44,985 nt of DNA from positions 1 to 44,985 of the forward strand of contig CAMVAN010000003.1 in assembly GCA_947165475.1 (NCBI GenBank). The letters run 5' to 3'. The notes below the pieces were generated by a model. The model was given only the letters and a program-made list of their open reading frames with translations, was not told the origin of the DNA and did no database searches. Of this stretch, positions 30,687 through 42,015 are shown piece by piece. The stretch is from an uncultured Bacillales bacterium (lineage in GTDB: Bacteria; Bacillota_I; Bacilli_A; RF39; UBA660). The translations under genes were made by a program, and so were the position numbers. The stretch's first letter is position 1, and each line of letters begins with the position of its first letter.

Positions 30687-30978
30687 TTAAAACTATATGT
30701 TCTTCTCCGTACATATTGAATAGAAAGAATTATCTATATAATTATTTATTTCTTTACAAGATATCTCTGATGTATTTCATTTTCTATTTCACTAAACACA
30801 CACTCTTAATTCCAATTTATACTCCAAGCATTCATCTAAAGAGTTTCTCCACCAATATTTTAAATAAACTTTTGAGATCTGACTACCAACAACTATTTTT
30901 TTTTAAAAGTGCATTTTCAATTCTTTAAACAATTTCTTCCTTATCACAAAGTGTTGTTATAATTATACGGTTATTCAT
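30687..30978 (-). pseudogene. cutA: CutA divalent-cation tolerance protein remnant
   Basis: IIITTLCD..., SKV..KYWW; contains stops and frameshifts. Confidence 0.55.
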
Positions 30979-31008
30979 ATTATTAACATCATCTCTTTTC
31001 ATTTATTA

Positions 31009-31713
31009 TTATACTAATATTTCACAAAGTATGGGTAAATGATCACTATAAATAGTATCAATCACTTCAATATTTTTAACATTAATATCCTTTGAAGTAA
31101 AAACATAATCAAGCTTATAATCTAATTTGTTTACTGAAAATTCATTATAAGAAAAGGGCTTTGTTGTCCAAGTATTATTTGTATCATGATTGATATAATA
31201 TTTGCTTATTTTTTTTATATATTTTGAATTTTTTACTGTATTTAAATCACCAGTAAAAATATAGTTACTTTTATTTTTAATAATTTTTATTAACTTATCT
31301 ACTTCTCTATCCTTTAATTTAGTTTCTAAAAATTTATGAGTATATGATAAATGAGTAGTTCCTATATTATATACTTTATCATTACAGTTAATAGATACTT
31401 CTAAATATATTCTACCTTCTTTAGAATAATCATTTTTATCTACTCCTGGTTTTTGAACATACCATTTATTTTTTTTCATAAATGGATACTTTGATAACAC
31501 AGCATTGCACTGACTCATTCCATCTAAAAACGTATCCGCAACTTCATAATAAATATATGGATATACCTTGCTAAGTGCAGAAATACTTTCTCTATCATCA
31601 TAAAAAAAACTTAATTCTTGAATACAGACAACATCAGCATCTATTCTTTTTAATTCACTTATAATATTATTTATATCTTCCTTACACCATATATTCCACT
31701 GTAATACTTTCAA
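31009..31713 (-). CDS. EEP family protein
   Basis: QWNI, CIQE, THL, GDLN, DYVF, SDHLP. Confidence 0.9.
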   Translation of the reverse strand: MKVLQWNIWCKEDINNIISELKRIDADVVCIQELSFFYDDRESISALSKVYPYIYYEVADTFLDGMSQCNAVLSKYPFMKKNKWYVQKPGVDKNDYSKEGRIYLEVSINCNDKVYNIGTTHLSYTHKFLETKLKDREVDKLIKIIKNKSNYIFTGDLNTVKNSKYIKKISKYYINHDTNNTWTTKPFSYNEFSVNKLDYKLDYVFTSKDINVKNIEVIDTIYSDHLPILCEILV

Positions 31714-31736
31714 CTTATCACCTTCAAAACAATATT

Positions 31737-32279
31737 TTATTCATAATTATCAATATAATATTTTAATATTTTTCTATCTCTTAAAGAAATAAACTTCATA
31801 CGATATACATCATAATTATCTTCATAAGTAGATGAAGTTAATTCATTATAACTATTTTCTATTAGTTTTAATGCATCAAACAGAGAAACCCAAATTAATT
31901 CAGCACCTTCTGCTTTTTCTTTTTCTGTAAGATGTAATTTACTAGTATCATTTAAAACTTTCGCAACAAATATATATGATATTTGTTTTACACTTTTCAT
32001 ACTGATATGTTCCTCTACTATTCCTAATTCATGGATAATATCAATCTTACAACCTGTCTCTTCAAACACTTCTCTTTTAAATCCGTCACTAGGACTCTCA
32101 CCATTTTCTATGCCTCCACCTATAAGTTTATATTCCTTCGTATTTGTTTTTTTCTGAATAGCTATTTTACCATCTTCATTTATAATAATTCCTCTAGCAG
32201 CCATTCTAGTCTTATAATCCTTAACTTCTTTAAAAGGCATACCAATATCTTTATCTGTTAATTGAAATAATAAGCTCAT
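31737..32279 (-). CDS. NUDIX hydrolase
   Basis: GGGIENGESPSDGFKREVFEETG. Confidence 0.92.
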   Translation of the reverse strand: MSLLFQLTDKDIGMPFKEVKDYKTRMAARGIIINEDGKIAIQKKTNTKEYKLIGGGIENGESPSDGFKREVFEETGCKIDIIHELGIVEEHISMKSVKQISYIFVAKVLNDTSKLHLTEKEKAEGAELIWVSLFDALKLIENSYNELTSSTYEDNYDVYRMKFISLRDRKILKYYIDNYE

Positions 32280-32296
32280 TACAGTCCTCCATTTAA

Positions 32297-32752
32297 TTAC
32301 ATTTTTTTAGAATTATTATTTTCATTAATTTTTAAATTATATTCATCAATTAATGAATAATAAATACCAGGCATATTAATAAAAATTGTACTACCAGTAT
32401 TATTTGATACTTCAATACCATCAAATGCCCCCATATTAGTTCTGATAGGAGAATAAAACTCACTAAATGATATAGAGTCATCATTTAAATAATTAGCTAT
32501 TATTCTATCAAAAAAAGCTTTATAAATAACATTAATATGATCATTAGTAATCCCTAAATTATAATGTTCCTCAATCTTTTTATATGGTACATAAATATCT
32601 AAAGTACACATACATTGTTTTTCAATTTTAGCAGAAGAAAAATTCATATTAGCAGAAAACAATCTATCATTATCTTCTAAAATTTGCATTATACGATTTA
32701 AAATAAACTCTACTTTTTCTGGAGCTATCTGCTCCGCTTCCCACTTTTTCAT
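32297..32752 (-). CDS. Hypothetical protein
   Basis: 151-aa ORF with AGGAG RBS. Confidence 0.7.
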   Translation of the reverse strand: MKKWEAEQIAPEKVEFILNRIMQILEDNDRLFSANMNFSSAKIEKQCMCTLDIYVPYKKIEEHYNLGITNDHINVIYKAFFDRIIANYLNDDSISFSEFYSPIRTNMGAFDGIEVSNNTGSTIFINMPGIYYSLIDEYNLKINENNNSKKM

Positions 32753-32783
32753 AAAAAACTCCTAAAAAATACAACATAGTTTC

Positions 32784-33404
32784 TTAAAGTATTTCTTTTA
32801 ATTCACTAATATCATTTATAAACTTTTCACATTCTAAATTAGGCTCAAATCCATACTTTGCATGTATAAAATCTATATTAGCATCATATGCAGCTTGCAT
32901 ATCCTTTTTTATATCTCCTATATAGCAAGCTAAAGAAACATTATTTCTACTCATCATCTTCTCTATTGCTTCTTTTTTAGATATTCCATAAGATGCATTA
33001 CCTATATAATCTATAAAAAAACTTTTTAAATTAGATTTTTCTAAAAATAATTTAACATAATCATCAAAATTATTTGTAATAATACCTAATTTATACTTTT
33101 TAGATAAGTATTTAATAACACTAAATACATTTTCATAAATATGCGCACCATTCTTATTTATTAAATCAATTGCAAGTTTAGTTTGTAAATCAACATATCC
33201 CATAGCTTTAGAAAGTTCAATATTAGGCATTAATATCTGAGCAATATCCCTTTTTCCAAGTCCCATAACCTTATAAATATCTTCAATCGAAACTTTTGGA
33301 ATTTCTTTATATTCATCAGCAATAGTATTAGCCGCAATCATAGTTATTTCTGAAGCTTCCCATAACGTTCCATCAATATCAAATATTATCATCTCATATT
33401 TCAT
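32784..33404 (-). CDS. HAD family phosphatase
   Basis: FDIDGTL, ITN, YIGD. Confidence 0.92.
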   Translation of the reverse strand: MKYEMIIFDIDGTLWEASEITMIAANTIADEYKEIPKVSIEDIYKVMGLGKRDIAQILMPNIELSKAMGYVDLQTKLAIDLINKNGAHIYENVFSVIKYLSKKYKLGIITNNFDDYVKLFLEKSNLKSFFIDYIGNASYGISKKEAIEKMMSRNNVSLACYIGDIKKDMQAAYDANIDFIHAKYGFEPNLECEKFINDISELKEIL

Positions 33405-33430
33405 TGAAAATCTCCTTTCTAAAGCAATAA

Positions 33431-33649
33431 CTATAATCCCATTTTCTTATCCTTTAAATAACCAGATTCTATTGTTCCATGGGTTTTTACATTTGTTTTT
33501 ACTTTTCTTCCATTACCTTTTACTCTAATTGGAATAAAACCTTTATCCTTTAAATATGTTTTTTTCTGCTCCACATTTAAATAAAAATCATTTTTTTTTT
33601 TACTTTGTAATAATAATTTTTTTAATAAATATAATTTTTTTAAATTCAT
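33431..33649 (-). CDS. Small basic hypothetical protein
   Basis: 72 aa, strong AGGAGG RBS. Confidence 0.55.
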   Translation of the reverse strand: MNLKKLYLLKKLLLQSKKKNDFYLNVEQKKTYLKDKGFIPIRVKGNGRKVKTNVKTHGTIESGYLKDKKMGL

Positions 33650-33827
33650 AATAACCTCCTATATACTTATCCATTAAATTATATGGATTAGAATCTAGCC
33701 AATAATCTACTTTTGATTTATTAATTTGCTCAATCATTTTATCAATATTATTATAATTAATTCTAACACTTTTAGAATGTTTACAAACATATTCATAACT
33801 TATATTTAAATCATCAACTAAACCCAT
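33600..33827 (-). pseudogene. N-terminal gene fragment, possibly queuosine-salvage (DUF2419-like)
   Basis: SYEYVCKHSKSVRIN...YWL then runs into the next gene's RBS; family call from memory only. Confidence 0.4.
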
Positions 33828-33854
33828 ATTATCTCCTATTCATATATATTTAAA

Positions 33855-34478
33855 TTATTTAAATAAATCAATTTTATTTATTATTTCCTCATAAGTAAAA
33901 CAAGCATTATCTTCATTTTCTAATTCATGATTTTCCCAACAAGCAGGAATAAAATCAATATTACAATTTTTAGAAAATGTTTTATCAATAATACTATCTC
34001 CAATATAAATTAACTCTTCTGGAACCAATTGTAACTTATCACATAAATAATCAATACTATCTCTACTAGGTTTTGGATTATTAATTAAATCAGAAGTTAT
34101 TACTATTTTAAAACAATCTATAACATCATTTAACTCATCATCCAATTCATGAAACTCCTCTAATGTTCTAGAGGTAATAATACAAATTACATAATCTTCT
34201 GATATTTTTTTTATGACATCTTTTATATTTGGAAAACATTTTGTTTGATAATTACTAAATGTTTTTTCCCATTCTTTATTTATTTTTTTTATTTCATCAT
34301 TACTAAAATTTAAATAATTATAAAATTCAGAAGTAGTTAAGGAAGTTATTTTTCTCATTTCAGATTCAGTTATATGTCTATCAGTAACATTTTCTATTGC
34401 TTCCTTTAAACTAAGCATTTCTGGTAAAAAACTATCAACTATTGTTCTATCAACATCAAAAACTATACATTTCTTCAT
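33855..34478 (-). CDS. HAD family phosphatase
   Basis: FDVDRTIVDS, ITSR, PKP, YIGDS. Confidence 0.9.
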   Translation of the reverse strand: MKKCIVFDVDRTIVDSFLPEMLSLKEAIENVTDRHITESEMRKITSLTTSEFYNYLNFSNDEIKKINKEWEKTFSNYQTKCFPNIKDVIKKISEDYVICIITSRTLEEFHELDDELNDVIDCFKIVITSDLINNPKPSRDSIDYLCDKLQLVPEELIYIGDSIIDKTFSKNCNIDFIPACWENHELENEDNACFTYEEIINKIDLFK

Positions 34479-34482
34479 ACAT

Positions 34483-35148
34483 TTACTCCTTTAAAAAACT
34501 ATTTATTACAGATAAACTTATCTAAATCAAAACCATCTTCTTCAACTATATACTTACCTATCTTATTAATAGACGGTTTAGTTGCTTCAGGACAACACCC
34601 CTCATCTTTAAAACTTGGTAAATAAGCAACATAATTATACGAATAATCAACAACACTAAAGAATACCTTTTTATATAGGATTTTTCCAAAATCTTTTACA
34701 ACATCTTCACTACATCTAGTTATTGGATTTGTTAATACATTTCTGTCAGTCGCTAAAACAACTATATTATTATAATTGATTCTTTTCTTTCATTCCACTT
34801 AGAAATTATTTTATTATAAGAATCATTCGTATGAGAAAAAGCAGCAATTAAACCTCCAATATCACAAAATAAAAAATCATTTAAATAATTACTTTTATAG
34901 TTTGGTAAAGGTCTAATTTCACAATCCATATAATATTTCAGATTACAACAAAATCTAACAAAGGTATCTGGTTCCATATAAAAATCAATTGTTGGAGATA
35001 AAAATTTTTGATGATAATCATGATAAAGTCTACCTCCAATACAAGTATTAGAAAGAATTGTCAAATTATCTGGAAAATCAGAAATATTTAAAATATCTTG
35101 TCGATCATTATATAATTGTAATTTTTTATCCATTAACTTATATGTCAT
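34483..35148 (-). pseudogene. DUF1919-like protein, frameshifted near 34765
   Basis: ILSNTCIGGRLYH, SPT, KWNER; reading continues in another frame with F.KIPYKKVF to TAA at 34483. Confidence 0.7.
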
Positions 35149-35165
35149 AAAAACCCCTTATACTT

Positions 35166-36065
35166 TTAAACATCTAATACTGCTAAAATAATAATACCAA
35201 TTAAAACTAAACTAATACCTAAATATTCTTTTTTTGTTAATTTTTCCTTCAAAAAAACTCTAGAAAGAATCATAGATAATATACAATAACTACCTATTAT
35301 AGGAGCACTAATAGTAGCATTTCCACTCATAGCTTTTACATAAAAAATTTCTCCACAAGTTTCAAATATCGCTGCACCTATTTTATCTTTTTCTTTAAAA
35401 AAATGAAAAGGTTCATTTTTAATTTTTAAATAAAGATAGGTAATAAATGCAAATAATGCAAAAGTATACTCATAAGCTATTAAAGAAGCATCTTCTCCAA
35501 TAAGTTCTAATTTATCTAAATAAATTCCATCTAAAAAAGTTCCAGCTCCATCTAAAATACAATACCCTATAGGAAATAAAAGCGTCAAAGTAATGACTTT
35601 TTTTGTAATTTGTTTTTTTCTATTTGTTTTATTATCAGATTTATTTTTCTTTAATTCTAAAATAGAAATAAAAATAATACCAATAAATATAAATAATAAT
35701 GCAATATAGAATGGAAAGTCATACTGCTCTTTAAAAAATAAAATAAATAATAACGCAGTGATAACCCCACTAGTATTTTGAATAGGACTAGAAATAGATA
35801 ACTCCAAATATTTTAGTCCTTTATAACCAATCACCATACTTGAAATATAACATAAAGATACTGGTAAATATTTTGCTAAATCAATTAAACTAATTTTTGT
35901 TTTAGAGTGTATCCAAAATATCGTAGCATGAATTCCCATAATAAGTCCTACCATAATACCAGTCTTTAAATGATTATATTTACCTTCTCCTCTATTTCCT
36001 ATTTTATAAAATAAATCAGCAATACCCCAAAAAGTAAATGTTAATAAAGTACATAATATCCACAT
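35166..36065 (-). CDS. DMT/EamA family transporter
   Basis: 10 TM segments, two repeats ending FFKEQ/FLKEK. Confidence 0.88.
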   Translation of the reverse strand: MWILCTLLTFTFWGIADLFYKIGNRGEGKYNHLKTGIMVGLIMGIHATIFWIHSKTKISLIDLAKYLPVSLCYISSMVIGYKGLKYLELSISSPIQNTSGVITALLFILFFKEQYDFPFYIALLFIFIGIIFISILELKKNKSDNKTNRKKQITKKVITLTLLFPIGYCILDGAGTFLDGIYLDKLELIGEDASLIAYEYTFALFAFITYLYLKIKNEPFHFFKEKDKIGAAIFETCGEIFYVKAMSGNATISAPIIGSYCILSMILSRVFLKEKLTKKEYLGISLVLIGIIILAVLDV

Positions 36066-36110
36066 ATAATAATCACCTAAAATAACTATACAATAAAAAT
36101 AAAAGGTTTT

Positions 36111-36578
36111 CTAGTTTAATATCATTTTACCTTTTCATAACTTTATTTATTACACCATTTTTATAGTAATTATTCATAAGTTCAATTTCTTTCATGCTAA
36201 AAAATCCATTATTTATATCATCAATATCTCTTATACCATAATCCTCTGCTTTTTTTTAATATAATATCAGTAAAATCTAAAGTACTTAAATAATCAAATA
36301 AAAATTTATTTCCAAATAAAGATTGTCCAATAGTTATAGGAATAGAATCATTAGGACTAATATTAGTATCTAGATAATAACCATCTTTTAATCTAATAAA
36401 ACCATCATAAAAATCAACATATTTTTTTAAAAGCTATACTTGTATCTTGCTCTTCAAAAGAAAAAGCGCCATCTTTTGTTATTTTTCCCAAAGTATAAGT
36501 AAATAAAATTGCATCAATTTTATCAAATCACAACTTAAAAAGAGAACTAATTAATAACTCTATATTTATTTTTTCCAT
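36111..36578 (-). pseudogene. Frameshifted hypothetical gene
   Basis: GGGAGG RBS with ATG at 36578; coding-like sequence broken at several points. Confidence 0.45.
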
Positions 36579-36616
36579 AAAACCTCCCTAATCAATTAAA
36601 ACTTATTAATTTCATT

Positions 36617-36934
36617 TCAAATTAAATATTTATTTATAAACTTTTTTACCTTTTTTTCTTCCATTTTAGCATAAATAGGAAATTTATCTAATTGAAAATT
36701 TTCCACATAATTAGATATTTCATCGCATCTAGCAATATTATTTAGATTAAAATCAGAACTTAAAACATAATACTCATGAAAATACCCTTGTGCTTTATTA
36801 TCACATATCATAATTTTTTTATTAGTAAATATTTCAGTAGCATATATCCATCCTTTTGAAGCAATAATTTTTGTATTATAAACATCTAAATTTGCATGCT
36901 CACTATATACATTAACTTTATAAAATTTTTTCAT
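36617..36934 (-). CDS. Hypothetical protein
   Basis: 105 aa, GGAGG RBS. Confidence 0.7.
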   Translation of the reverse strand: MKKFYKVNVYSEHANLDVYNTKIIASKGWIYATEIFTNKKIMICDNKAQGYFHEYYVLSSDFNLNNIARCDEISNYVENFQLDKFPIYAKMEEKKVKKFINKYLI

Positions 36935-36969
36935 ACTTACCGACCTCCAAAAACAATGCTAAGTATACT

Positions 36970-37527
36970 TTAACATTGAGTATTCATCTTATCAATCATT
37001 TTTATAACAATAGGTTTAATAAAATAACAAAATTTTTCTTTTTCAACATCTTGAAAAGGAATCCATTTAACACCATCAATAGCATCATCAAACATTTTCA
37101 ATGAAATAGATTCATCTGCTTCCATAAGATATATTATATCAAAATGTAAGTGAGAAGAAACAAACTGATTATTTTTTAAATGATATTCAGTAGGAAGTAT
37201 TGAAATCATAAAAGGTTCAGTTTTTAAAACATTTGCTTTTAATCCCGTCTCTTCATAAACCTCTTTAAGTGCAACTCTCAATAAATTATCATCTCCATCA
37301 GCATGTCCTCCAGGATAAGTCCATCCATCAGCTATTTTATGATAAACAGCTAACATCTTATTTTTTTCTTTATTAACAATAAACCCAGCTGCAGAAAAAT
37401 GTCCAATAACATTATTTCTAGTTAAAACATCATCAAAATGATTAATAAAATACATCATTCCCTCTTTATCTTTTTTATCTTGCTCATCAAAGGGATTATA
37501 TTTTTCAATTATTTCTTTTACGTACAT
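36970..37527 (-). CDS. NUDIX hydrolase
   Basis: PGGHADGDDNLLRVALKEVYEETG, HLHFD. Confidence 0.92.
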   Translation of the reverse strand: MYVKEIIEKYNPFDEQDKKDKEGMMYFINHFDDVLTRNNVIGHFSAAGFIVNKEKNKMLAVYHKIADGWTYPGGHADGDDNLLRVALKEVYEETGLKANVLKTEPFMISILPTEYHLKNNQFVSSHLHFDIIYLMEADESISLKMFDDAIDGVKWIPFQDVEKEKFCYFIKPIVIKMIDKMNTQC

Positions 37528-37625
37528 TTTCTACCTCCATACATAGTAGAATTTTATATTAATTATGCCTTTTAGAAGATAACTCATGTTTTTATATTAT
37601 ATCTTCAATCATTTTTATTCTATCT

Positions 37626-38198
37626 TCATTTTTTACAAAATTCGTTATATGCTTGAATCAAATCTTTATCCATAAGATTATCTGGAAGAGAATCTAGTGA
37701 AAAAAACTTTAATCTCTTAGTCTCTGAATCTCCTTTTAGATTAGAAGCATCTACTAAAGAAATAGTTGCTAAAAAAAGTGATGTATTATTATATACAATA
37801 TCTCCATTAGGATAGCTATTCTTTCTACTTTTACCAGATAAAGTATCTATTAATTGAATCTTATTAATATCTAGCTTTATTCCACTTTCTTCATAAACTT
37901 CTCTAACAGCAGTCTCTCTTAAATCTTCCCCTAAATCTTGACAACCACCAGGTAATCCCCAAACATTTCTGTCAGTTCTCTCTTGAAGAAGAATCTCATC
38001 ATTTTCATTTCTTATAATTACTGCAGCTCCAGTTTGAATAAATGGTATATGACAAATTCTCTCATCCAAAGCCATACGAAATAAAACAGGATATCCTCCA
38101 TATTTTGCACTAAATTCTAATAATTCTTCTTCCTTTAAACTTGTAACTAAATCAATAAACTCATCATGAGTATATTCTCTCATATTTTTATAATTCAT
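37626..38198 (-). CDS. NUDIX hydrolase
   Basis: WGLPGGCQDLGEDLRETAVREVYEESG, YPNGD. Confidence 0.92.
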   Translation of the reverse strand: MNYKNMREYTHDEFIDLVTSLKEEELLEFSAKYGGYPVLFRMALDERICHIPFIQTGAAVIIRNENDEILLQERTDRNVWGLPGGCQDLGEDLRETAVREVYEESGIKLDINKIQLIDTLSGKSRKNSYPNGDIVYNNTSLFLATISLVDASNLKGDSETKRLKFFSLDSLPDNLMDKDLIQAYNEFCKK

Positions 38199-38221
38199 AA
38201 TTAAACCTCCGGATATTAAAT

Positions 38222-38731
38222 CTATTTAGTTAAAGCTTTTGGCATATATCGTGTCCGAGCCCCATCCCAAGAACTTAGCTCACTATTCATCAACAAAGTG
38301 TTTTTTTGCCTATTCCGTTCAATAACAACCCGAGCAAGAATACGAACAACATAAGAATCAATAACAGATAAAGAAGCATAAGACTTTAACATGTTTTCAT
38401 AATAAACTCTAAGCTCTTGCTCCGATAAACTCTGCACAATCTCTCTCGCCTTATTTTTTGCCTCTTCTCTCTCCTCAGATGTTAATCTCTTTTTAATAAT
38501 ACTATTTATAGAATTCTTACTAACATAATTATAATAATTCTTGGCATCAGAAAAAGATATTTTATCAGTCCGATAAATTTTTGAAAGATCAGCCATTTCT
38601 ATTTCTTCCTCAGTTTTTGGTCGAAAATTTAACCATTTAATCCATTCATCTGAACCTAAGATATCCAAAGGTAACGGCTTAATACCATTTTTTAGAAAAG
38701 AATCTATATATATCATCTTGTAAACCTCCAA
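38222..38731 (-). CDS. Hypothetical protein
   Basis: 169-aa ORF; true start probably ATG 38716. Confidence 0.7.
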   Translation of the reverse strand: MEVYKMIYIDSFLKNGIKPLPLDILGSDEWIKWLNFRPKTEEEIEMADLSKIYRTDKISFSDAKNYYNYVSKNSINSIIKKRLTSEEREEAKNKAREIVQSLSEQELRVYYENMLKSYASLSVIDSYVVRILARVVIERNRQKNTLLMNSELSSWDGARTRYMPKALTK

Positions 38732-38738
38732 TAATTAT

Positions 38739-39614
38739 TTAATTTAATCCACCAGATAAAATTCTAAACTTTAAATTATTATTCCATATTTTTAATAATT
38801 CAGCAAAATTATCATCAGGATGTAATAAAAGATTTGCTAAAGAGTCTAATTCACTAAGTTCTTCTTCATCTAAATGAAAGTTTTTATCGAGTACATATTT
38901 AGGCACAAAATCATAATATACCTCATCATTCATTAAAGAATGAAAATCATAAAATAAAACCCTTATCGCAGCATCCAATCCGAATGTTACGGGATCAGAT
39001 GCATATAAAATACTTTCCTTTTTTATTTTATTATTTCTTAAATTTAAATAAGCCTCTGCTCCAAATAAAAACTCATCCCTAGGTAAATCATTTAAATCAA
39101 ATTCAATTAATTTATCATCCCATTGATCATCTGCATCAACAAGTATCCACCTATTATCTTTAAAACTATAATATTCAACAATCCAGTGATCATAGTAAAT
39201 TTCATCATGTCTTAAATATTCACAGAATCCTGATCTTACTCGACAAGGAATTCCTTTAGCTTTTAAAATAGATGCAAGAAGAATAGCTTCTCCTCTACAA
39301 GTAACATGAATTTTATCTTCTACTCTACGATTTAAACTATAATTACTATCCCTTCTTAATAGCTCAGATAACATAGAAATAGCTGTTGGAAAAATATCAT
39401 CTTCAAATACTAAACTCGTTTTAGGGACTTTATCTAAATTATCCCACCATCCATCTTGTAAATGATTCAAAATAATAACTGGATGAATAATCTGTCTTCT
39501 TTGTAATTTAGCTAATTCACTAACTTCATCTGGTAAGCTTTTAGCAATATCTCGATATAATCCTAAATCTGTATAATAACTAGTTTTTTTATAAAAATCT
39601 AAAATCTTTTTCAT
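38739..39614 (-). CDS. Transglutaminase-like protein
   Basis: TCRG, GIPCRVRSGF, DHWIVEY, WILVDAD (C-H-D triad). Confidence 0.85.
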   Translation of the reverse strand: MKKILDFYKKTSYYTDLGLYRDIAKSLPDEVSELAKLQRRQIIHPVIILNHLQDGWWDNLDKVPKTSLVFEDDIFPTAISMLSELLRRDSNYSLNRRVEDKIHVTCRGEAILLASILKAKGIPCRVRSGFCEYLRHDEIYYDHWIVEYYSFKDNRWILVDADDQWDDKLIEFDLNDLPRDEFLFGAEAYLNLRNNKIKKESILYASDPVTFGLDAAIRVLFYDFHSLMNDEVYYDFVPKYVLDKNFHLDEEELSELDSLANLLLHPDDNFAELLKIWNNNLKFRILSGGLN

Positions 39615-39626
39615 AAAACAATACCT

Positions 39627-40100
39627 TTATTTTTTTCTACTATATACCAGTCTCTTATAAGGAATTGATTCAAGGTTTTCTTCCAACAATTGAACATTAA
39701 AATCTTCTTCTTGAAAAGTAGGAAAGAAAACATCTCCATTTTCAATAAATAAATCAATCTCTGTTATATACATCATGTCAACAATATCAATTGCTTCCTT
39801 AAATAAATTATATCCACCAGCTATATAAATATCACCTTCTGAGTAATATTCTAAAGCATCATTAAGAGATGGAAGAACAATTAAATTATCATAAGAATAT
39901 TGAGCATTTCTAGAGATAACAATATTCTTACGATTAGGAAGCGGATGACCAATTTCTTCAAAAGTTTTTCTTCCCATAACAACAATATTTCCAGTAGTTA
40001 ACTTTCTAAACTGTTTTTGTTCACCAGGAATATTCCAAGGAATCTTTCCATCTTTCCCTATTACATTATTTTTAGAACGGGCCACAATTAAAGCTATCAT
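39627..40100 (-). CDS. folA: Dihydrofolate reductase
   Basis: IG.DGKIPW, VMGRKT, LPNRKN, IAGG, GDVFFP. Confidence 0.95.
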   Translation of the reverse strand: MIALIVARSKNNVIGKDGKIPWNIPGEQKQFRKLTTGNIVVMGRKTFEEIGHPLPNRKNIVISRNAQYSYDNLIVLPSLNDALEYYSEGDIYIAGGYNLFKEAIDIVDMMYITEIDLFIENGDVFFPTFQEEDFNVQLLEENLESIPYKRLVYSRKK

Positions 40101-40112
40101 ATTACAAACCTC

Positions 40113-41258
40113 CTACGAAAACAAAGTTTCTTCTTTACTATACTGTAAAGAAATATATTTTAAAATACAAATAATATAAATAATTGTACTAAAAATAATA
40201 ATACCAAATGATTGAAACTGAATCTTATTAATAACTATATCATTTAACAAAGAACTACAATTAGCAATAGGAATAAGCTGAAAGAAATTATTACTTACTT
40301 CCATAACACTTAAAAAATAAGGAATAATAGGCAAAATAGAAACAAATTGCAAAGAAGATTGAGCCTCCTTATAAGTTTTTGCTTTTCCAGAAAGTGCCAT
40401 ACAAATACCTGAAGCAAGTAAAGAAGTAAATAATAATACCAAAATGGATAATAATATTGATAAAAAACTAGTAGTAAAAGTAATTTCTTCATATGAAGTA
40501 AAAATCTCTTTTCCTATTAAAAAAGAAGGAATAGCTAAAAAATACGCAATAGATCCACCAATAAAAGACAAAAAAGATGTTGCTAAATACTTTCCAATAA
40601 CTAGTTCAGAACTTCTAATCGGGAAAGTTAAAATAGTCTCTAAAGTACCTCTTTCTTTCTCCCCGGAAGTAGCATCAGAAACCACCACAACACATACCAT
40701 AACAACAATCATTGTTATGTAAGAAATAACTAAACTAAAAATCATATTACTCATAATATTAGTATCCTCTTTATTTAATGATTTAGAGTCAACTAAAATA
40801 TTATTAAACACCATATTAGGATCCATTCCATTATCCATTAAATATTTAGTACCAAGCATCTTACTATAAGAATCTAAATAAGAATTAGCAAGAGATAAAA
40901 TAATTTCACCACTATTTTGAGATGTATCCGTATAAATAGTATATTTATTATCATTTCTAATAATATAACCTTCTATTTTATTATCTTTATAATAATCTTC
41001 ACAAGTTTTTATATTATTACAATTCTTAACAATTATATAATCTAATTGTTTAATAATTTCCTTTTCTTCACTTGATAGTTTATAGTTTACCCCAAGCGTA
41101 TATGTAGATTCATTTACTGTATCAAATAGTAATCCAAAAAGTAAAATAACCAAAGGAATAATTAAAGGATATAATATTAATTTATGAAGAGATTTCTTAT
41201 CACGAACTACTCCTCTTAATTCCTTTAAAATAGTAATTTTTATATTATTCCAACTCAT
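40113..41258 (-). CDS. ABC permease, NatB-like
   Basis: KELR..RD, GEKERGTLETIL, KTYKEAQS. Confidence 0.88.
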   Translation of the reverse strand: MSWNNIKITILKELRGVVRDKKSLHKLILYPLIIPLVILLFGLLFDTVNESTYTLGVNYKLSSEEKEIIKQLDYIIVKNCNNIKTCEDYYKDNKIEGYIIRNDNKYTIYTDTSQNSGEIILSLANSYLDSYSKMLGTKYLMDNGMDPNMVFNNILVDSKSLNKEDTNIMSNMIFSLVISYITMIVVMVCVVVVSDATSGEKERGTLETILTFPIRSSELVIGKYLATSFLSFIGGSIAYFLAIPSFLIGKEIFTSYEEITFTTSFLSILLSILVLLFTSLLASGICMALSGKAKTYKEAQSSLQFVSILPIIPYFLSVMEVSNNFFQLIPIANCSSLLNDIVINKIQFQSFGIIIFSTIIYIICILKYISLQYSKEETLFS

Positions 41259-41259
41259 A

Positions 41260-42015
41260 TTACTTCTCCTTTATTAACTGAAAAAAAGCATCACGAATAT
41301 TAGTAGTTTTCGTTTTTTCTTCTATTTCTTTTGGTGTCCCTATAGCAATTATTTTTCCTTTATCAATCAAAACAACTCTATCACAAATATTTTCTGCCTC
41401 TTCCATATAATGAGTAGAATAAATAATACATTTATTCTTATCTTTTTCTTCTTTAATAAAATCCAAAATAACTTGACTAGAAATAATATCCAATCCTGAA
41501 GTAGCTTCATCTAATATATAATAATGTGGATCGTGTAATACACATCTGGCTACTCCTACTCGTTGTACTTGACCAGTAGATAAATTACCTATTCTTTGAT
41601 TTTTAAAAGACTCCATATCAAATCTTTTTACAACTTCACTTATTCTCTTATCTATAATATCTTTATCCATTCCATAATACCCAGCACACATCTTTAATAA
41701 TTCTACTGGAGAAATATCCTTATATAACTTTGTATTTCCAGATAAAAACGAAATATTCTTCTTTAAAGCAATAGCATCCCTATCATATGTCATATCACCA
41801 ATTACAATTTCACCAGAAGTAGGTCTCATAATTCCAGCAAGCATTCTTAAAAGAGTAGTCTTTCCTGCTCCATTTGGACCTAATAAGCCAAGTATTTCTC
41901 CATCATGAACTTCAAAAGAAATATCATCATCTGCATAAAAAGATACTTTTTTTCCACTATCATTTACTTTTATAAATTCTTTAAAAATATTATTAATTAC
42001 AATCAAAATTAACAC
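41260..42015 (-). CDS. ABC ATP-binding protein, NatA-like
   Basis: GPNGAGKT, LSTG, ILDEATSGLD, STHYMEE. Confidence 0.92.
   Translation of the reverse strand: MLILIVINNIFKEFIKVNDSGKKVSFYADDDISFEVHDGEILGLLGPNGAGKTTLLRMLAGIMRPTSGEIVIGDMTYDRDAIALKKNISFLSGNTKLYKDISPVELLKMCAGYYGMDKDIIDKRISEVVKRFDMESFKNQRIGNLSTGQVQRVGVARCVLHDPHYYILDEATSGLDIISSQVILDFIKEEKDKNKCIIYSTHYMEEAENICDRVVLIDKGKIIAIGTPKEIEEKTKTTNIRDAFFQLIKEK

Noticed and set aside
1002-40722. Many antisense or alternate-frame ORFs in the track (e.g. 1002, 7521, 10199, 16928, 19899, 23945, 40444)
   Set aside because: They are shadows of well-supported genes, with Phe/Ile/Ser-rich composition and no motifs.
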